A program made the position numbers and the translations under genes. Under the pieces are notes generated by a model that saw nothing but the letters and a program-made list of their open reading frames with translations, was not told the DNA's origin and ran no database searches. From a virus: 64,000 nt of DNA. The first letter of the stretch is position 1. The number at the start of each line of letters is the position of its first letter. Below, in pieces: positions 63,018-64,000 of the stretch. Location: IMG/VR virus record IMGVR_UViG_3300048578_000375; one strand, written 5' to 3'.

Positions 63018-63515
63018 ATGAAGTTCATCGCGACCGCGCTCGGGACCGTGCTGGGTCTCGGGCTCACCATCCTTGCGATCCCGGCGATCGCGCTCGCGGC
63101 GGAAGCTGGCACGACCGTCTCGATTCCTGTCGGCACGTGGGTGTCCGACTGGATGCCGATCGTGTCGGGCGGACTCGCCGCGCTGGTGGCCTGGGCGCTG
63201 CGGCAGCTTCCGTCCAACCTGATCGCGATCCTCGGCAACGGCCGGGTCGAGCTGCTGATCAACAACGCGATCGGCTACGGGCTCAATGCGGTGGCCGGTG
63301 CGGCGAAGGGCAAGACCCTGAGTGCCGATGTCGGCAACAAGGTGCTCGCCGAGGCGCTGCAATATGCGATCGACAACGCGCCGGGCTGGCTGACGACCTG
63401 GGCCGGCGGACCGGAGGGTCTTGCCAAGAAGATCTGGGGCCGGCTCAACCTCGCGGAGGACGCTGACGGCAGCATCGTCCAGCTCGTCACGGCGACGGCG
63501 CAGGTGAAGTCCTGA
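63018..63515 (+). CDS. Lysis-cassette membrane protein (same gene as 4685-5182)
   Basis: Identical translation. Confidence 0.5.
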   Translation: MKFIATALGTVLGLGLTILAIPAIALAAEAGTTVSIPVGTWVSDWMPIVSGGLAALVAWALRQLPSNLIAILGNGRVELLINNAIGYGLNAVAGAAKGKTLSADVGNKVLAEALQYAIDNAPGWLTTWAGGPEGLAKKIWGRLNLAEDADGSIVQLVTATAQVKS

Positions 63516-63775
63516 TGCTGACCAGCGGGGCGGCCGCAGCGGCATGGCTCGCCGTGCTGCGGCCGATCCTCGAGATGCTGTTCAGCGCCATGGGCCGATC
63601 GCTGAACGACTGGCTGGCGGACAAGCGCGCCGAGCAGACGCAGCGCGACCTCGGGGCAGCACAGGCGGCCAACAAGGCAAACGACCAGATGATGGAGACC
63701 ATTGATGCGATGGATGGCGTTGCTCGTCCTTCCGATGATGCTGTTTCTGACAGCCTGCGACGCGGAGACTTCTAG
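63515..63775 (+). CDS. i-spanin candidate (same gene as 5182-5442)
   Basis: Identical translation. Confidence 0.6.
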   Translation: MLTSGAAAAAWLAVLRPILEMLFSAMGRSLNDWLADKRAEQTQRDLGAAQAANKANDQMMETIDAMDGVARPSDDAVSDSLRRGDF

Positions 63776-63947
63776 CGTCGTCGTCAAGATCGTCTGTCCG
63801 ACGATCAATCAGTACGATGCCAAGACGCAGGAGCGGGCGTTGTCCGAATACAACGCTCTTCCGGCCGGCTCGGCCTTGCGGCTCCTCATCGGTGACTACA
63901 AGCGACTTCGCGACCAGATCACGGTCTGCCGCGCGCGCTCCAAATAG
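63702..63947 (+). CDS. o-spanin candidate (same gene as 5369-5614)
   Basis: Identical translation. Confidence 0.65.
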   Translation: MMRWMALLVLPMMLFLTACDAETSSVVVKIVCPTINQYDAKTQERALSEYNALPAGSALRLLIGDYKRLRDQITVCRARSK

Positions 63948-64000
63948 AGACCTTCGGCGGAAGGATGACGGGGAATGGATGCTGGTAATTGGGCAATTCT

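Larger units (their letters stand above)
58334..64000. repeat. Second copy of 1-5667 (circular wrap-around)
   Basis: Identical sequence at offset 58333. Confidence 0.97.

Noticed and set aside
58334-64000. A biological 5.7-kb duplication of tail and lysis genes
   Set aside because: It is an exact copy at a constant 58,333 offset that starts mid-gene at base 1; it is best explained by unrolling a circular genome into a 64-kb window.

Overview
The window is one complete, circularly unrolled temperate siphophage genome of 58,333 bp; bases 1-5667 recur as 58334-64000. The probable host is an alphaproteobacterium (Hyphomicrobiales-like), inferred from a GapR homologue, an alpha-type LexA box and Bradyrhizobium-type accessory genes. 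It carries an intact attP (3' half of tRNA-Pro-GGG), a tyrosine integrase, a lambda-like cI/cro immunity region with four 17-bp operators, a long early accessory region, replication and NusG-type late control genes, an HK97-type head, a long non-contractile tail and a lysis cassette. Main highlights: (1) A putative TIGR-Tas (TasA-like) RNA-guided system. A nuclease-less Nop/IS110-like gene (33799-34647) is accompanied by four stem-loop dual-spacer units (CCA-N9-TG / hairpin / CCA-N9-TG), all hidden inside protein-coding sequence. (2) A DGR with one template and two adenine-diversified Mtd-like targets located in the early region rather than the tail module; its RT reads YMDH instead of YMDD. 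(3) An integrase fused to an HNH domain. (4) A helicase-methyltransferase with an inserted GNAT/Mom-like module, plus an MT-A70 with a degenerate catalytic motif. (5) A putative virion-glycosylation module, one enzyme of which appears reachable only by a -1 frameshift. (6) Dispersed palindromes and repeats. Several single-base indels in small genes may be assembly errors, so point anomalies need read-level confirmation. All family assignments come from motif recognition by eye; no searches were run.
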